From Mobula hypostoma (lineage: Eukaryota), in contig NC_086118.1 in NCBI RefSeq assembly GCF_963921235.1, forward strand, positions 25,360,001-25,424,000: DNA of 64,000 nt. The letters run 5' to 3'. The position numbers were made by a program, and so were the translations under genes. How positions within the stretch are numbered: the first letter of the stretch is position 1; each line of letters begins with the position of its first letter. Shown here piece by piece: positions 12,350-25,984 of the stretch. Below the pieces are notes generated by a model that was not told the DNA's origin, ran no database searches, and saw only the letters and a program-made list of their open reading frames with translations.

Positions 12350-13898
12350 AAGACCATAAGACCTTAAGACATAGGAACAGAATTAGGCTATTCAGCCCTT
12401 CAAGTCTGCTCTACCATTCCATCATGGCTAATCCTGGACCCCACTCAACTCCATACACTTGCCTTTTTGCCAAATCCTTTGATGCCCTGACTGATCAGGA
12501 AACAATCAGCTTCCGCCTTAAATATATACATGGACTTGGCCTCCACCGCAGTCTGCGGCAGAGAATTCCACAAATTTACTACTCTCTGCCTAAAAAATTC
12601 CTCCTTACCTCTGTTCTAAAAGATCACCTCTCAATTTTGAGTCTGTGCCCTCTAGTTCTGGACACCTCCACCACAGGAAACATCCTCTCCACATCCATGC
12701 TATCTAGTTCTTTTAATATTTGGTAGGTTTCAATGAGATTCCCCTTCCCCCACCCCCCACCGCATTCTTCTAAATTCCAGTGAGTACAGGCCCAAATCTG
12801 CCAAATGCTCCTCATATGTTAACTCTTTCAATCCCAGAATCAACCTCATGAAGTTCCTCTGAACTCCATCCAATGACAACACATCTTTTTTGAGATATGG
12901 GGCCCAAAATTGTTGAAATACTCGAAGTGTGGCCTGAGCAGTGCCTTATAAGGTCTTGCTTTTATATTCTAATCTCCTTGAAATAAATGCCAACAATGCA
13001 CTTACCTTCTTTACCAGAGATTCAACCTGTAAATTAACCTTTTGGGAGTCATGCATGAGGACTCCTAAGTCCCTCTGCATCTCTGATGTTTGAACCTTCT
13101 CCCCATTTAGATAATAGTCCATGCTATTGTTCCTTTTACCAAAATGCATTATCATACATTTCCCAACACTGTATTCCATCTGCCACTTTTTTGCTAATTC
13201 TTCCAATTTGTCTAAGTCATTCTGCAATCGCATTTTTCCTCAGCACTACCTATCCCTCCACCTATCTTCGTATTATCCTCAAACTTTGTCACAAAGCCAT
13301 CAATTCCATTATCTAAATCATTGACAAACAATGTGAAAAGTAGTAGTCCCAATACTGACCCCTGAGGAACAGCACTAGTCACTGGTAGCCAACCAGAAAA
13401 GGCACCCTTTATTCCCACTCCCTGCCTCCTGCCTGTTAGCCATTCCTCTATCCATGCCAATGTCTTTCCTGTAACGCCATAGGATTTTATCTTGTTAGGC
13501 AGGTTCATGTGTGGCACCTTATCAAATGCCTTCTGAAAGTCCAAGTAAATGACATCCACTGCCTCTCCTTTGTCCACTCTGCTTGTTACTTCCTCAAAGA
13601 ACTCTAACAGATTTGTCAGGCAACATTTTCCTTTACAGAAACCATACTGACTTTGACTTATCATTAGTCTCCAAGTAGCCCGAAACCTCATCCTTAATAA
13701 TAGTTAGGGTAACTGGCCTATAATTTCATTTCTTTTGCCTTCCTCCCTACTTAAGGAGTGGAGTGACATTTGCAATTTTCCAGTGCTCTGGGACCATGCC
13801 AGAATTACGTGATTCTTGAAAGATTATGACCAATGCATCCGTTATCTCTTCAGCAACCTCTCTCAGGACTCTGGCATGTAGTCCATCCGGCCCAGATG
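12350..13898 (-). mobile_element. CR1 LINE 3' portion (RT to 3' end)
   Basis: ORFs with [58 protein letters not shown]. Confidence 0.92.
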
Positions 13899-14910
13899 AA
13901 AGTAAATAAAGTACTACGAGCAATGTTAGCAGAACACACTACACTGAATCAGAAGCTCGCCAATTTCCTCCTTGCATATTGCAATACAGCACACTGCACT
14001 ACCGACTACTCTCCAGCTACCCTGTTCCAGGGTTGTCCCTTGCACTCATGCTTGGATCTCACCAAACCCAATCTCAGAAGGAGTATGCAAGACAAACAGC
14101 TGAGACAAACCAAGGCCTCCTGAAACAAGGAGGATTGATGTTTTACTCCTGAACAAGTTGTCCCAGCAAGGGACTACAGAGATGATCAAAAGATGTCAAT
14201 CTTTTTGGAAAGATTAAGGACTGACCTTGACCTCTCTCCTACACAGTGGATATTGCATTTGATGTCATCTGGAAATGACACATCAATCAGTTGAAAACAG
14301 CAATGTCAATTGTTTGAGATGAAAGGTGTCCAGAACTGTCAGAGCCACTTCCTGCAGTCCCAGAGTCAACCACCATGTAGGAGGCCCAGAACCTGAGATT
14401 GTTTGACAGCCACAAGTCTCACATGCCAAGCAGAGTGACTCCTCTTGTCAAGAAAGACATTATAAGAAAGAATAAGAAATCCTCCACAGCAATTAAATCT
14501 TCGGTCTTAATTGCTGTGGGTGTCTATAGTTATATATAAATTGAGATGCCTTCTAAATTGAGTTGGAATTTATAGCTAAGCAGGGAGGAATATACTGTAT
14601 TCAACATTCCAGTAATATTTGAGTAATATTGTAAATATATTGTTTGATTAAGCATGATTTATTTGTTTACATAATTAATTTTGAGCGTTGAGTTAGCAAC
14701 TCGGCCTCATAAAAATAAGAAAGCCTGCTAAAAAACGCCATCATGACTCAGAGTTAAGGGCTTAAAAAATATATAAGAAGTACATGACATGCACATGTCA
14801 TTATACCACCATGCCATATGTGAGCACCTCACTAAAAGAAAAACTAAGTCGACGAGATCCTGGCTCCTGTGTTTTTCTTTCCATTAGTTTCTGCAATTGC
14901 AAAACTAACA
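13899..14910 (+). mobile_element. Gypsy-type LTR retrotransposon 3' remnant (integrase end, polypurine tract, LTR)
   Basis: QKLANFLLAYCNTAHCTTDYSPATLFQG resembles the Gypsy integrase YR.TPH.TTG.SPA motif; purine tract aagcagggaggaa ~14578-14590 followed by an LTR-like segment related to 17808, 18865 and 25441. Confidence 0.75.
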
Positions 14911-14934
14911 ATGAATGACAATGAGTGCAAGTTT

Positions 14935-16395
14935 GTTGCAACACCACTCAATCTACTGATCTACATCTCTACTGTATGCCTCCTCATTGCCTTCTGAAAT
15001 TCTGGCAGCAATAGTTGTGCCATCAGCAAATTTATAAATGGCATTTGAGCTGTGCATAATCACACATTCGTAGGTGTAGAGGGAGTAGAGCAGTGGGCTA
15101 AGCACACATCCTTGAGGTTAACCAGTGTTGATTGTCAGTGAGGAAGAGATGTTATTTCCAATGCACGGACTGGGGTCACCCGATGAGGAAGTCAAGAATC
15201 CAGTTGGAGAGGGAGGTACAGAGACCCAGGAGCTTGTTGATCAGTACTGAGCATATAATGGTGTTGAATGCTGAGCTGAAATAAACAACAGCAGCCTGAC
15301 GTAGGTATTGCTGTTGTCCAGGTGATTCAAGGCCAAGTGGAGAACCAGAGAGATTGCATTCCTTGTAGACCTATTGTGGTGATAGGCAAGTTGCAGCAGG
15401 TCCAGATCCTTGCTTAGGTAAGAGTTGACTCTGGCCGTGACCAGCCTCTCAAAGTGCTTTGTCACGGTAGATGTGAGTACAACAGGGAGATAGTCATTGA
15501 AGCAGCTCACCCTGCTCTTCTTGGGCACTGGTATGATTGTTGCCCTTTTAAAGCAGGTGGGAACCTCCGACTGCAGCAGTGAGAGATTGAAGGTGTTTTT
15601 GAACATTCCTGCCAATTGGTTGGCACAGGTTTTCACTGCCCTACCATGTAAATCATCAAGGTCTGATGCCTTGCGAAGGTTCACCTTCTTGAAAGATGTT
15701 CCTACATTGACTTCTGAGACAGATCACAGGATCACCAGATGCTGCAGGGATTAGCCCATCTTTCCCCTTACTGGTTTTTCACCTGCAACCTACCAGCCTT
15801 CTCCTTCCCACCCTCCCCCTACCTTCTTTACAGGGCCTCTGCCCCTTCCCTCTTCAGTCCTGACAAAGGGTTCCGGCCCGAAACTTCGACTCATCGTTTC
15901 CACGGATGCTGCCTGACCTGCTGAATTCTTCCAGCTTGTTGTGACTGGAGCTTAGCACAGGTTTATTCTCCCTTTCATAAAATGTGTTGAAATCATCAGT
16001 TAGCGAAGCATCACAGCCATTCTGATGTTATCTTTCACCTTGAATAATGGCCTGCAAACCCTGCTAGGGCTGTCGTGCATCATATTCTGTCTTTAACTTC
16101 AATCATTATTGTGTTTTGCTCTTAAAATCGCTGTCCGGAGGTCGGACCTGGACTTCTTGTATAACTCTGGATCATTGGTCTTGAATGCCACAGATCTAGC
16201 CCTCAGCAAGCTATGAAACTGGTTTGTCCACAGCTCTTGGTTTGGCTATGTCCATCCAGTATGTTCTTGAAGGCATAAACCCAAACAGGAGTTGGTGAAG
16301 TTGTCGACAACTGTGGCATATTCATTCAGATTCAAGAATGAATCCCCAAATATTGTCCAGTCCACCAACTCAAAGCAGTCCTGTAAGCATTGTTA
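14935..16395 (-). mobile_element. Rex1/Babar-like LINE fragment (RT)
   Basis: ORF VPTCFKRATIIPVPKK...NDYLPVVLTSTVTKHFERLV...LDLLQLAY...NTYVRLL; interrupted at ~15750-15945 by a PLE-end fragment. Confidence 0.8.
15750..15945 (+). repeat. PLE terminal-repeat fragment (second subfamily) with degenerate hammerhead at 15856-15891
   Basis: agtc-CTGACAA-agggttccggccc-GAAA-cttc-gact; similar to the arms at 23639-23934. Confidence 0.7.
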
Positions 16396-16469
16396 ATGGA
16401 CATCTGGTATTTTAAGGTGGACTCTTATCAGATGGATATGATAAGATGATAAGATGGTATGATAAGATA

Positions 16470-17290
16470 AAGATTGGAGCTTAACAATGACTCCTTTGCT
16501 TGTATCTTCAGAAACAGCTCTATTTCTATCTCTATTTTTTCCTTTCAGCGTTCTTTTGAAGACCCTGACCTGGAGTTACATGCTGACTTCGGTTCTTTGC
16601 GGGAATGGGACCCACTCTCAGGGTCTCATGACTGGCCGCTATTCGATATGCTATACCAAGGACGCAGCCTAGAAGACTAGCATGCCTTCAGGGTTTCGAG
16701 ATTTCATGGCTCTGGAGGTGGGCGGACTTAAGGTCAGTGCCTCTGCAGAAATCTGGTGTGTCATGGGAATGCACAGAAGATCGAAAGCAGCGAGCTGGCT
16801 GCCGGCTGTGTGCCCAGAGACCCGAGTTCTTTGGGCACAGAGCTCAGAACAAGCAACGCAACAGACTTCTAACAACATAAATCAGTGAGTTGTTTTGTTA
16901 TGTCTCCCCTCTCGCTGTGAAACAGGGATACATCTTTTTCCCTTATTAGGGAGAGAGAGAGAGAGACTGTGGTATGTTGAATTACCGGAACGGGTAGTCT
17001 TTGGGGTACTGCAAGTCTGTGTCTTTACTGATGCTTTGCTGCATGCTTGAGTGCTTGGTGGGGGGACGCCGATGCTTTTTTTGCTGGTGGGGGAGGGAAG
17101 ATTGCTGCTTTGCTTCTGCTTACGCGTGGGGGCGGGGGAGCTGGGGGGAGGGCTTTTGGGTTTTAACATTTAACTGTCACTCATTTTTTGGGGCACTCCT
17201 CTGTTTTTGTGGATGGTTGCAAAGAAAAAGAATTTCAGGATGTATATTGTATACCTTTCTCTGACATTAAATGTACCTTCGAAACCTTTG
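16470..17290 (+). repeat. Unclassified interspersed repeat, 3' part related to 18400-18670 and weakly to 11760-12245
   Basis: Shared block gggcttttggg..t.taacattt..tgtcactcatt.ttt..ggcact..tctgtttt.gt.gatg..tgc.aagaaaa..aatttcag at ~17150-17240 and ~18540-18632. Confidence 0.55.
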
Positions 17291-17807
17291 GTACTTGGCT
17301 TCACAATCTACCTCATTTTGATTTTGCACTTTATCATTTACCTGCACTGCATTTTATCTGTAGTTTTTATACTTTATTCTGCATTGTTATTGTCTTACCT
17401 GATAGTAGGTTAATGTACTCTATAATGATTTGGTCTGTATAAACAGTATGCACAACAAGCCTGTCACTGTATCGTGGTATATGTAACAATAAGAAACCAA
17501 TATCACTATCAAGTCATGTAGTTGTAAAAGACAGTAGGCCCTGCTGTTTCTATTAAGGAAGCCATCACTCTCAAAAAGCTTGTTCAATATGATCTGCTGT
17601 TTTTATTGCCACTGGACAAACCATGATGTCCCAAGTCCCTGATGGAAGAAAGGGATGGTAAAGATGGCAGTTTCCATTTGCCTCAGAAACAAAGGGCTGG
17701 GGTGAGGTGGCAGGAAAAGATGTAGAAGAGACTCAGTTGTGGACAGTACGTGCATTAAAGAAAGAGATGGAGATGCACCCACACAAGAGGAAGTACCCAA
17801 GTCAAAG

Positions 17808-19115
17808 GTGTTATGTTTTGTATCTCCAAAACATAAAAACTAATTGCAAGAAAAAGGTGCGTGCCCAGGAAACGTGAGTCTTAGTTTGTTCTTTACTTTC
17901 AGTGAGGCGCATATGTATGGTGGCATCATGATGTATGCAATTGATCTATTCCGTACATATAGCCAGTAATGAGTTATTTTAACGAACAAGAATGCTTAAT
18001 CAAACAATGTATTTCTGATAATACCCAGACACTAACGAAATAGTAGACATAGGTGGAGGTGGATATGGCCCAAGTGCAGAGAGAAGGACACTGAAGTGGG
18101 TCGATCGTTCACAGACTTAAATGCGAACAGTATTTTAAGGGAAAAGAAATCAATAAATGCTAGGCCAAACAGAGCCATCAACTAAAACTCTCAAATTGAA
18201 GCCTAGTTGCCAACACTGTGGATAAAAGGAACAATAAATGCTACAACAAAAAGGAAGGAGTTAAATACCACCATGACGAAACCGTAATTAACTGACGTGT
18301 ATTTTCAAGAGCACAACTGCCGAATCTGCTGTGCAACCTGGCTGCGTGGGCGCACATACCCTGTAGCGCAGTCCATGGTTGTGACGTGGAGTGGGAGAGA
18401 ACGGAACGTCGGGCAAAGGTGTTGGAGGCTGCGTACTCTGCAATTTTCTCTCTCTCTCTCCCTCTCTCTCACATTTTGTGGATGGAAGGTGCTGATGCTT
18501 TTTTGCAGAAGTGGGTGAGGTTAGAAAGGGGGGAGTAGGGGGGCTTTTGGGGTTCTAACATTTTGATTGTCACTCATTCTTTGAGGCACTCTTCTGTTTT
18601 CGTAGATGTCTGCGAAGAAAAAAGAATTTCAGCATGCACATTGTACTTATGTCTCTGGTATTAAATAGAACTACTATGGACAACACTACTCCCTGCTTAG
18701 CTATAAACTCCAACTCAATATAGAATGCACCTCAACTATATGCACGGCATACTATTTAATACAACTACTATATACAGGCATTCACAGCATAGTAAATTTT
18801 ATATGGTCCCATTCAGGCCTAAAGTAGACATCGAGGGTTGATTTAAAACTTCTTTGTTGCCACCGTTATGTTTTGTAACTCCAAAGCATAAAAATTAATT
18901 ACAAGAAAAAGACAAGAGCCCAAGAGATGAGAGTCTTAGTTTGTTCTTTACGTTAAGTGAGGTGTGCAAGTATCACGTGGAAGAGTCTTGATGTATACAA
19001 TTCAGTTATTTTTACCTATAACCCATAATAAATTATATAATCGAACAAAATTTCTTTATCAAACAATATATTTATGATATTACTCAAATACTGCAGAGAT
19101 ATTAAATACACTACA
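17808..19115 (-). mobile_element. Cluster of Gypsy-family LTR remnants (17808-~18050, 18681-18815 polypurine-tract region, 18865-19115)
   Basis: Blocks starting (t)gttatgttttgta.ctccaaa.cataaaaa.taatt; 18688-18735 is the reverse complement of the polypurine-tract region at ~14545-14590. Confidence 0.65.
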
Positions 19116-20016
19116 AAGGGGATGACAGGAGAGATGGAGGTGTCCTGTTACACCCAGTGGTTATGTTGATCGGGCACATAATTCACATGCTCAATGCCAG
19201 ACTCCTAAAACGGACACTCTATTTCAGGCTCTGTCATGGGAAGAGGTTACCAGATATGAGGATGGCTCAAGCCTTTTCAAAGAAAGGCATCGGACTGACT
19301 CCTAGCAATCGTTGGTCCATTTCTGGCAAAGGAACATTTGGAATGGCTCTGAGAACCTCAAGGCTATGCATTGAGACACAGAGAGGCCCTGTATAAACAG
19401 ACAAAGGAACAAGCCACCTTATGAATTACCCACCCTATTGGGCACCCCCAGCCCCATCTGTGGAAGTATCTAACTCATTAGCCATTTCAGTTCCCACAAA
19501 GCCAGGTTGAAAGGGATTGCCTAAGAAGAAGAATTGTAGTTGTAAACCAGAGCCTTATAATAGCAGTCATGGAGTTAATTTGGATGGAATCACCAATTAA
19601 GGATGAAAATTGCTTGTAAAGGTAGATTTGACAGGAGTTGGGAAGAGTGTACAATTTATCTAGTTCTATTTAATTACAAAAATAGAGTGAATGACTTGAA
19701 ATTTAAAAGATTATAAATAATTGAACCGATCAGAGCCTTATATCATCTGAAAATTGCCAATGAAGCCAACAAAGTTGCAGTGTGGTCAAGAAAGTTGTAG
19801 ACTTCAGGAAGATATCAACGTAGTGGGCAAGTGGACAGATGAAAAAGATGACAAAGGAAATTTATTCCTGAGAACTGTGAGATCATGTATCTGCTGAGCA
19901 CAAGAGATTATAGGATACTGAAGGTATGTTGAATGTACAAGGTGAAAGTAGCAGGTTAGGAGCACAAGAAGGCATAGGAACATTTGCCTTTATTGGGTGA
20001 GCCATTATGTATACTG

Positions 20017-20986
20017 TGTGACGGGATCCTGAATTACCCCTATGAACTGTGCTCATTTACCCCTATTAACTGTGCTTTTGAAAAGACAGAGAGAGTTATT
20101 TAACACCAACAACTTGTTCGTAAGAGAGAGAGAGAGACGAAGACTAACTGTTGGACTGTCACTTTAAGACACTGGAAGTAACTTTTGGATTTCTGCTGAA
20201 TTGGAGATGGCACCAAGCAGCTCGTAAGTTGCTATGGTGACTGAAGGCAGCGTTATTTAATGGACAATTGATGTTATGATTTTCCGGCAGGTTGTTGATA
20301 CTTCCCAAGGACAGTCGCCTACGTGTGCATTTCTTCCAGAGAGAGAGGAAGGAGGAGTTATTTGAGTGACAGTTGATGCTCGGCACGGGAAGATAAAATA
20401 GGAGGTCAGATGATAGACCTCAGAGACATGTTCTGGACACTGAATGAGCATTGTTGTGCCCGCAGAAAAACCGGGTTTTGGAGGATCAATCAGTCGCTCT
20501 TGCAGTGGAAGGAGGAAAAGGGGTTGACTGGTGGGGAGTTGTCCATGTGTCCACCCTCACCTGGGGGATAGCTCCACTACAGAAATCCGGTCCCCTTTGC
20601 TGAAGTCACAGTCGGTGACTTTTAAAGGATTTCGAAGGACGAGAAGATTGATGGAGTCAGCTCACCTGAAGAGTCAAATCTCTCCCTCTCTCTCTCTCTC
20701 TCTCTCCATCACTACTCAACTCAATACCACGAACTGAACTGATCTTTACTCAACATCGTAAGACTGTATCTTTTTACCCCTAGTCTTAAAGAAGCCTGTT
20801 TTTTTTCATACATATATTTCCACACTTACTGATATACTTACTTATTGCTAACCTGTTTGATTTATCTACATTTATATTACTGTATTGCGTAGTTACTAAT
20901 AAATATTATTAGTTAATAGCAATACTGGACTCCAAAGTGTTTTCTATTTCTGCTGGTTCTTTATTCCCATCACAGGGTACGTGACA
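20017..20986 (+). mobile_element. Solo LTR, 970 bp
   Basis: TG...CA ends with short inverted termini (tgtgacg / cgtgaca), AATAAA near 20898, flanks actg / accg (4-bp TSD with one mismatch). Confidence 0.75.
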
Positions 20987-21139
20987 ACCGTAAGATCTTG
21001 GAAGCTATGCTGGACCACAGCTTGAGCACTGCATCCATCTTTGTGTAAGAAAGGTCACATCCTGGGTACCATCTTTTCCCCTCATCTTGTTGTCATGTTC
21101 TTTGCAAGGGTTAGTCCCCAGGAAAACATGGATGCGATA

Positions 21140-21613
21140 GCATTAGAAAGGGATTCTCCCTACCATCCATCGGGGACAGTTATCAGGAGTGCTGCATACG
21201 CAAGGCCTTTAGTTTTATTAAGGATCCCGCCCAACACTCCAGCATCCTCTTTGACTTTCTACCAACAGGCAGGAGACCACAATGCATAAAAACAAGAACA
21301 GTCAGGATGAGAAACAATCTCTTCCCCCAAGCCATAAAGCTTCTGAATTCCTGGTCACATTGTATTCGAAGTATCACTGGTTAATCTTTTCCGTACATTC
21401 CAATATTTAAAATTAATGCACTTTAGTTTGTTGTTTATGTATGATTCATCTGTAGATTTTATCTGTACCTTCATAAATTATCATGTGTTATGTGCACTAC
21501 TGTTCTTTACACCCCAGATCAAAGAAATGGTGTCTTGTTTCTGTATACATTATATGGTTATATATGTTATATACATGTATATAGTTACATAACAATAAAC
21601 TTGACTTGACTTG
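21140..21613 (+). mobile_element. LINE 3' end (Rex1/Babar-like) with (ACTTG)n tail
   Basis: aataaacttgacttgacttga tail; upstream text resembling IKDP.H...FYQQAGD and aacaatctcttcccccaagcc. Confidence 0.6.
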
Positions 21614-21614
21614 A

Positions 21615-22160
21615 GCAGATGGAGGGGCAGGTAGTGTTGAGGAAGCTGTGAGTTTGCAAACAGTTTAGGAGAATGGGCAAAGAAGTGGCAGAGGGAATAT
21701 AGTGTAGGGAAGTGTATGGTCATGTACTTTGGTAGAAGGAATAAAGGTGTAAACTATTTTCTAAACAGGAAGAAAGTTCAAAAATCAGAGATGCAAAGAG
21801 ACTTGCAGCATTTCCTACTGGGGGGGGGGTCCACAGACCCTTTCCTTAAAGGTATTGATCCATGGCATGAAACCAGTTGCAACCCCCTTCCCTCAGAATA
21901 GAGGGTTATCTGTTTAAAACAGTGATAAAATTTCTTTGGCCAGATGGTGGTGAATCTGTGCAACTCATTGCCACAGATGGCTGTGGAGGCCAAGTCAATG
22001 GGTGTACTTAAAAGCAGAGGTTGATAGATTCTTGATTAACCAAGATGTCAAAGGTTATAGGGAGAAGCAGGAAAATGGGGCTGAGAGGGATAATATATCA
22101 GCTATGATGGAATGGCGAAATAAACTTCATAATTCTACTTCTATATCTTATGGTGTTATG
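21615..22160 (+). mobile_element. CR1 3' fragment with small internal insertion
   Basis: MVMYFGRRNKGVNYFLNRKKVQKSEMQRDL matches CR1 ORF 1051-1317; ends ctatatcttatggtgttatgg. Confidence 0.8.
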
Positions 22161-23603
22161 GATTTATGAAATGAATTGATCTGAATGAATGATGTCCAAG
22201 ATAAATTTTCACCATATCTTGGAACTTGTAACAATAATAAACCAATTAACTGAACCTAGTGGTTTGCTGTGTCATATCAGAGGGCAGAAAAGTTCACCAA
22301 TCATATCAGTGGTTCTAGATTCACATGCTGATGAGACTTGAATAAGGACTGGCAGGATTCCTTCCCTGATGGACATCACGGAATCTGATGAGTTTGTACA
22401 ACAAAAGACTTACCCTTTTTCAAACTGAAGATTTAATTAATTGAATTTACATTTCCTCTGTTTTGTAACTTCAAAATATTGAATTGAATCAAAGGAATAT
22501 ATGGGAGTCTGAAATATGGCAGCACCTGGTCCATAGTTTTCTGGCAGAGTGCAGGTACACAGCCACTCCAAAAATAAGCTATTATAGCAATAAAACCCTT
22601 CCTGAGTGTGTTTAGTGAGAAGCAATTTGGACTCTTCTTCCATCTTCATTTGCAAGTAGGCTCCAGCTAACTACTTTGATGAAGTGCTTTCCTCCAGAAA
22701 GGTTTGCAAAGATATCCTCTTTCCTGAGCAGAGGGTATTGATCTACTTCCAATACTGGGGTTGTTGGTAATCTTAAAATCACCACAGCCTGATAGACCCA
22801 ATCTTCTTGGCTACTGGGAGCACTGGCATTGCCCACAGGCTCCACTCAACCTTCGAAAGAATTCCTTAAGCCTCCATGCAATCTAGCTCACTGGCTACTT
22901 TATCGTGGAACCGGATGTGGCATTCCAAAACTTGGGTGCTGCATTTTCATTTAGCACTATTTTACCCTTGATGTGTTTGAGTTTTTCAATGCCGTCCCTG
23001 AACACCGTTTTAAATTCATTTTTAGATAGCTTCATTGTAGGGGATTTGGCATGCAAATTGAGGATGGATCTCCAATCAAGCTGTATTTGTCTCAGTCAAT
23101 CATGACCCCACAATGCTGGTCCTCCTGCTCTTACCACATTCAAGTCTAATGTGGCTTGTTGGTTGTTGTATGAATACTATTCCCACAGGAGCTCTCTTTT
23201 TTTCCTAGCATAAGCTGGATATCTGCAGGCTTCAGTTTGGTATCTTTGAAATGCTGTTCATACTCATTTCGTGGAATGACTGAAACGGCTGAACCAGCAT
23301 CTAACTACATATTAATTAATTTGTCATTCACTTCTGGTATATGTCATATTTCTTGTTGTCTACTGTTAGCTTCCACATGTAAATATCAAAGCTCACAGTC
23401 CTGTGGCAAGCTCATTATTATCAGATTTTTCAACAATAGCATGCATATTAGTAGACTCAGAAACACAAGAACATCTGCAGATGCTGGAGAAGGGTTTTGC
23501 CCTGAAACATCAACTGTTTATTCTTTTCCACATATGCAGCCTGCCCTGCTGGGCCACTCCAGCATTTTTTGTGTGTTGCATTCAGATTAGTGCTCTTTTT
23601 GAA

Positions 23604-23930
23604 CACAAAATAATCTGCAGATGCTGGGACCAAAGCAACACTCACAACACATTGGAGGAACTCAGCAGGTCGGGCAGCATCCATGGAAACGATGAGTCGA
23701 CGTTTCGGGTTGGAACCCTTCGTCAGGACTGAAGAGGGAAGGGGCAAAGGCCCTATAAAGAAGGTGGGGGAGGGTTGGAATATAAATCATCTTTCCAACC
23801 CTCCCCCACCTTCTTTATAGGGCCTCTGCCCCTTCCCTCTTCAGTCCCAACGAAGGGTTCCGGCCCGAAACATCGACTCTTCGTTTCCACAGATGCTGCC
23901 AGACCTGCTGAGTTCCTCCAGCGTGTTGTG
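23604..23930. mobile_element. PLE terminal-repeat-derived fold-back insertion (second subfamily) inside Gypsy gag
   Basis: 142-bp imperfect inverted arms 23639-23780 and 23793-23934, 12-nt loop; 15-bp direct repeat agtgctctttttgaa at 23589-23603 and 23931-23945. Confidence 0.9.
23695..23730 (-). ncRNA. Minimal hammerhead ribozyme motif
   Basis: Reverse complement agtc-CTGACGA-agggttccaaccc-GAAA-c-GTC-gact; the partner copy at 23843-23878 (+) has a damaged core (CCAACGA). Confidence 0.78.
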
Positions 23931-25984
23931 AGTGCTCTTTTTGAAACTGCAGCTTGACTTTTTAGCCTTTTCCCTTCCACATGTTCTCTATTTGTCTGCC
24001 CAAATGCTCTTCGTATGCGTCCTACTTTGTTGCATTTTCTGCAAGTTTCACCTTTAAATTGGCATTGGTGTACTGAACGTAAGCTCCTGCAACAGTGGAA
24101 ACAGTTTTTTTTCAGCCAGCCAGGTTTCTGTTTAGACGTTGCCATTTTGCTCACACTCACGTTCATTCCTAACTGCAACTCAACTGAATCTCTGACTGCT
24201 GTTTCCATTGATTTTTGTTGTTGTTCCTCTTCACACCTTGCAGTGCAATGGGCAGCTGACTTGTATTTGTCTGTTTTTTTACAAGGCCTAATTGCTAGCT
24301 TGATGCTCAATCCAACATGGATGGAAAATGTGTTAAGTGTTGGCCAGATTGCCTCAAAGTTGGTAGGGATGCCACTACACCACCAGCCAGCAAATTTCCA
24401 TTGGTACACCAATTTCAATTGCTCTTTTGAATATGAACTGTGCTTCACTTAGGAGCTGTTTTTGAATGCTTTCTTGTAAAATGCCACAAAACAATACCAT
24501 ATTTCAGTGTATCATTAAGCCAATCACTGAACTGAAGATGCTTGGACAATTTAAAATCAGCAGCCACAATGGTAACACAATTTGATTAGTCAGGCCAGTT
24601 TCTGTTTAGATTTTGCAATTTTGTTCATTTTCACTTTCATTTGTAACTGCAACTCAATTGCGCCTCTCTGCTGTTTCGATTGATACAGCTATTTCAACTG
24701 TTCTTTTAAATGTAAGTTGTGCCATTTTTGATTGCTTTAATGTAAGACTCCACAAACTAAACAATCTCTCAATGCATCATTAAGCCCACCATTGAACTGA
24801 CAATGCTCAGTCTCTGCAATTCAATCATGTACACTGAAATGGAATCCCGTTCCTTTTGATTCTACTTATGGAACCTAAAGCATTCTGCAATGAACAATGG
24901 TTTTGATTCTAAATGTCCCTGTGTTACTTACATAACATCAGCAAAGCTGGTATCTACTGGTTTGGTTGGAGCAGTCAAAATTCAAAGCAAAATGTACACA
25001 TTTAAACCCAATGCAATCAGCAAAATTGGTACTTAATTCTCATTGGCTATTTAATTTGCTACAAAATACTGTTCAATTAGCTCAGTGTACATATTCCAGT
25101 TATCCTTTGTGTAATCAGACATATCAATTTTTACAACAGAGCCAGCCATTGCTGCTCTTTTTTTATGATTATTATCATCTAGTACTCAGTCTTTATGAAC
25201 CCTTGACTTCTTTGTGTTCTGACTTGTTTTTAGTACTCATTTGTGTCTTTCCTTCCGAAGAACACGTTCTGCTCTGCCTTTTTTAACACGCAGTGCTGGG
25301 CTGAATCTCTGCATGTGCCGGGCTGAGTTTTTCTCACTCGCCATTCCTGGCTGTGCTCTTTTTTCAGTTTGAATGTCTCGCTGCACCTCAACAGGTCAGT
25401 AGCCATCTTAGGTTTGTTTTAAAAATTGCTCATCTACAGAGTTATGTTTTGTAACTTCTAAACATTTAAGCTAATTCAAAAGACACAGTGGTCCAAACTG
25501 TGAGTCTGACCTCATGTTTACTTAAAGCAAGGCGTGCATGTATCACGTGGTAGCAATTCGCATATTTATACATATAACCTGCAACGAATTATGAATAAGA
25601 ATGCTTAATCAAGATCACTCAAATGTTATTTAAATAATATACACATTCCCTAGTCAGCATCATAGATTCAAAACTGTGTACCCAGATGAGATCCAGGAGT
25701 CTGGATTCTAGTTTTGGTAACATAATCAGTTTGCTATACAGTATGCCCCCTTAGAGAAATTTGGTTTGTTTATCTTTAGCGCCCGACAGTCACAAGTGCT
25801 GTAACTTGCAAGTGAAGCATGAGCAGCAGAAAAGTACCGAGGTTCAGGAAACAGTACCGCCACAAAATCATATGTCGGTGCATTCCCATCGGTGACTAAG
25901 TCGGAACAAAATATAGGGAAGATAAAGACTTATTTTGGAACTGATGTCATCCACAGAAATAGCTGCTGACAAATGACTGGAAGG

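Larger units (their letters stand above)
22490..25645 (-). mobile_element. Decayed Gypsy-type element: 5' LTR (~25441-25645), gag with zinc knuckle, protease/RT remnants
   Basis: CQFKGETCRKCNKVGRIRRA (CCHC-like); PVLEVDQYPLLRKEDIFANLSGGKHF and THKGF-like (KHTQEGFYCYN) RT text; LTR related to 18865-19115. Confidence 0.8.

Noticed and set aside
23753..24452. 231-aa and 145-aa ORFs
   Set aside because: Chimeras of Gypsy gag remnant, another insert and the PLE hairpin.
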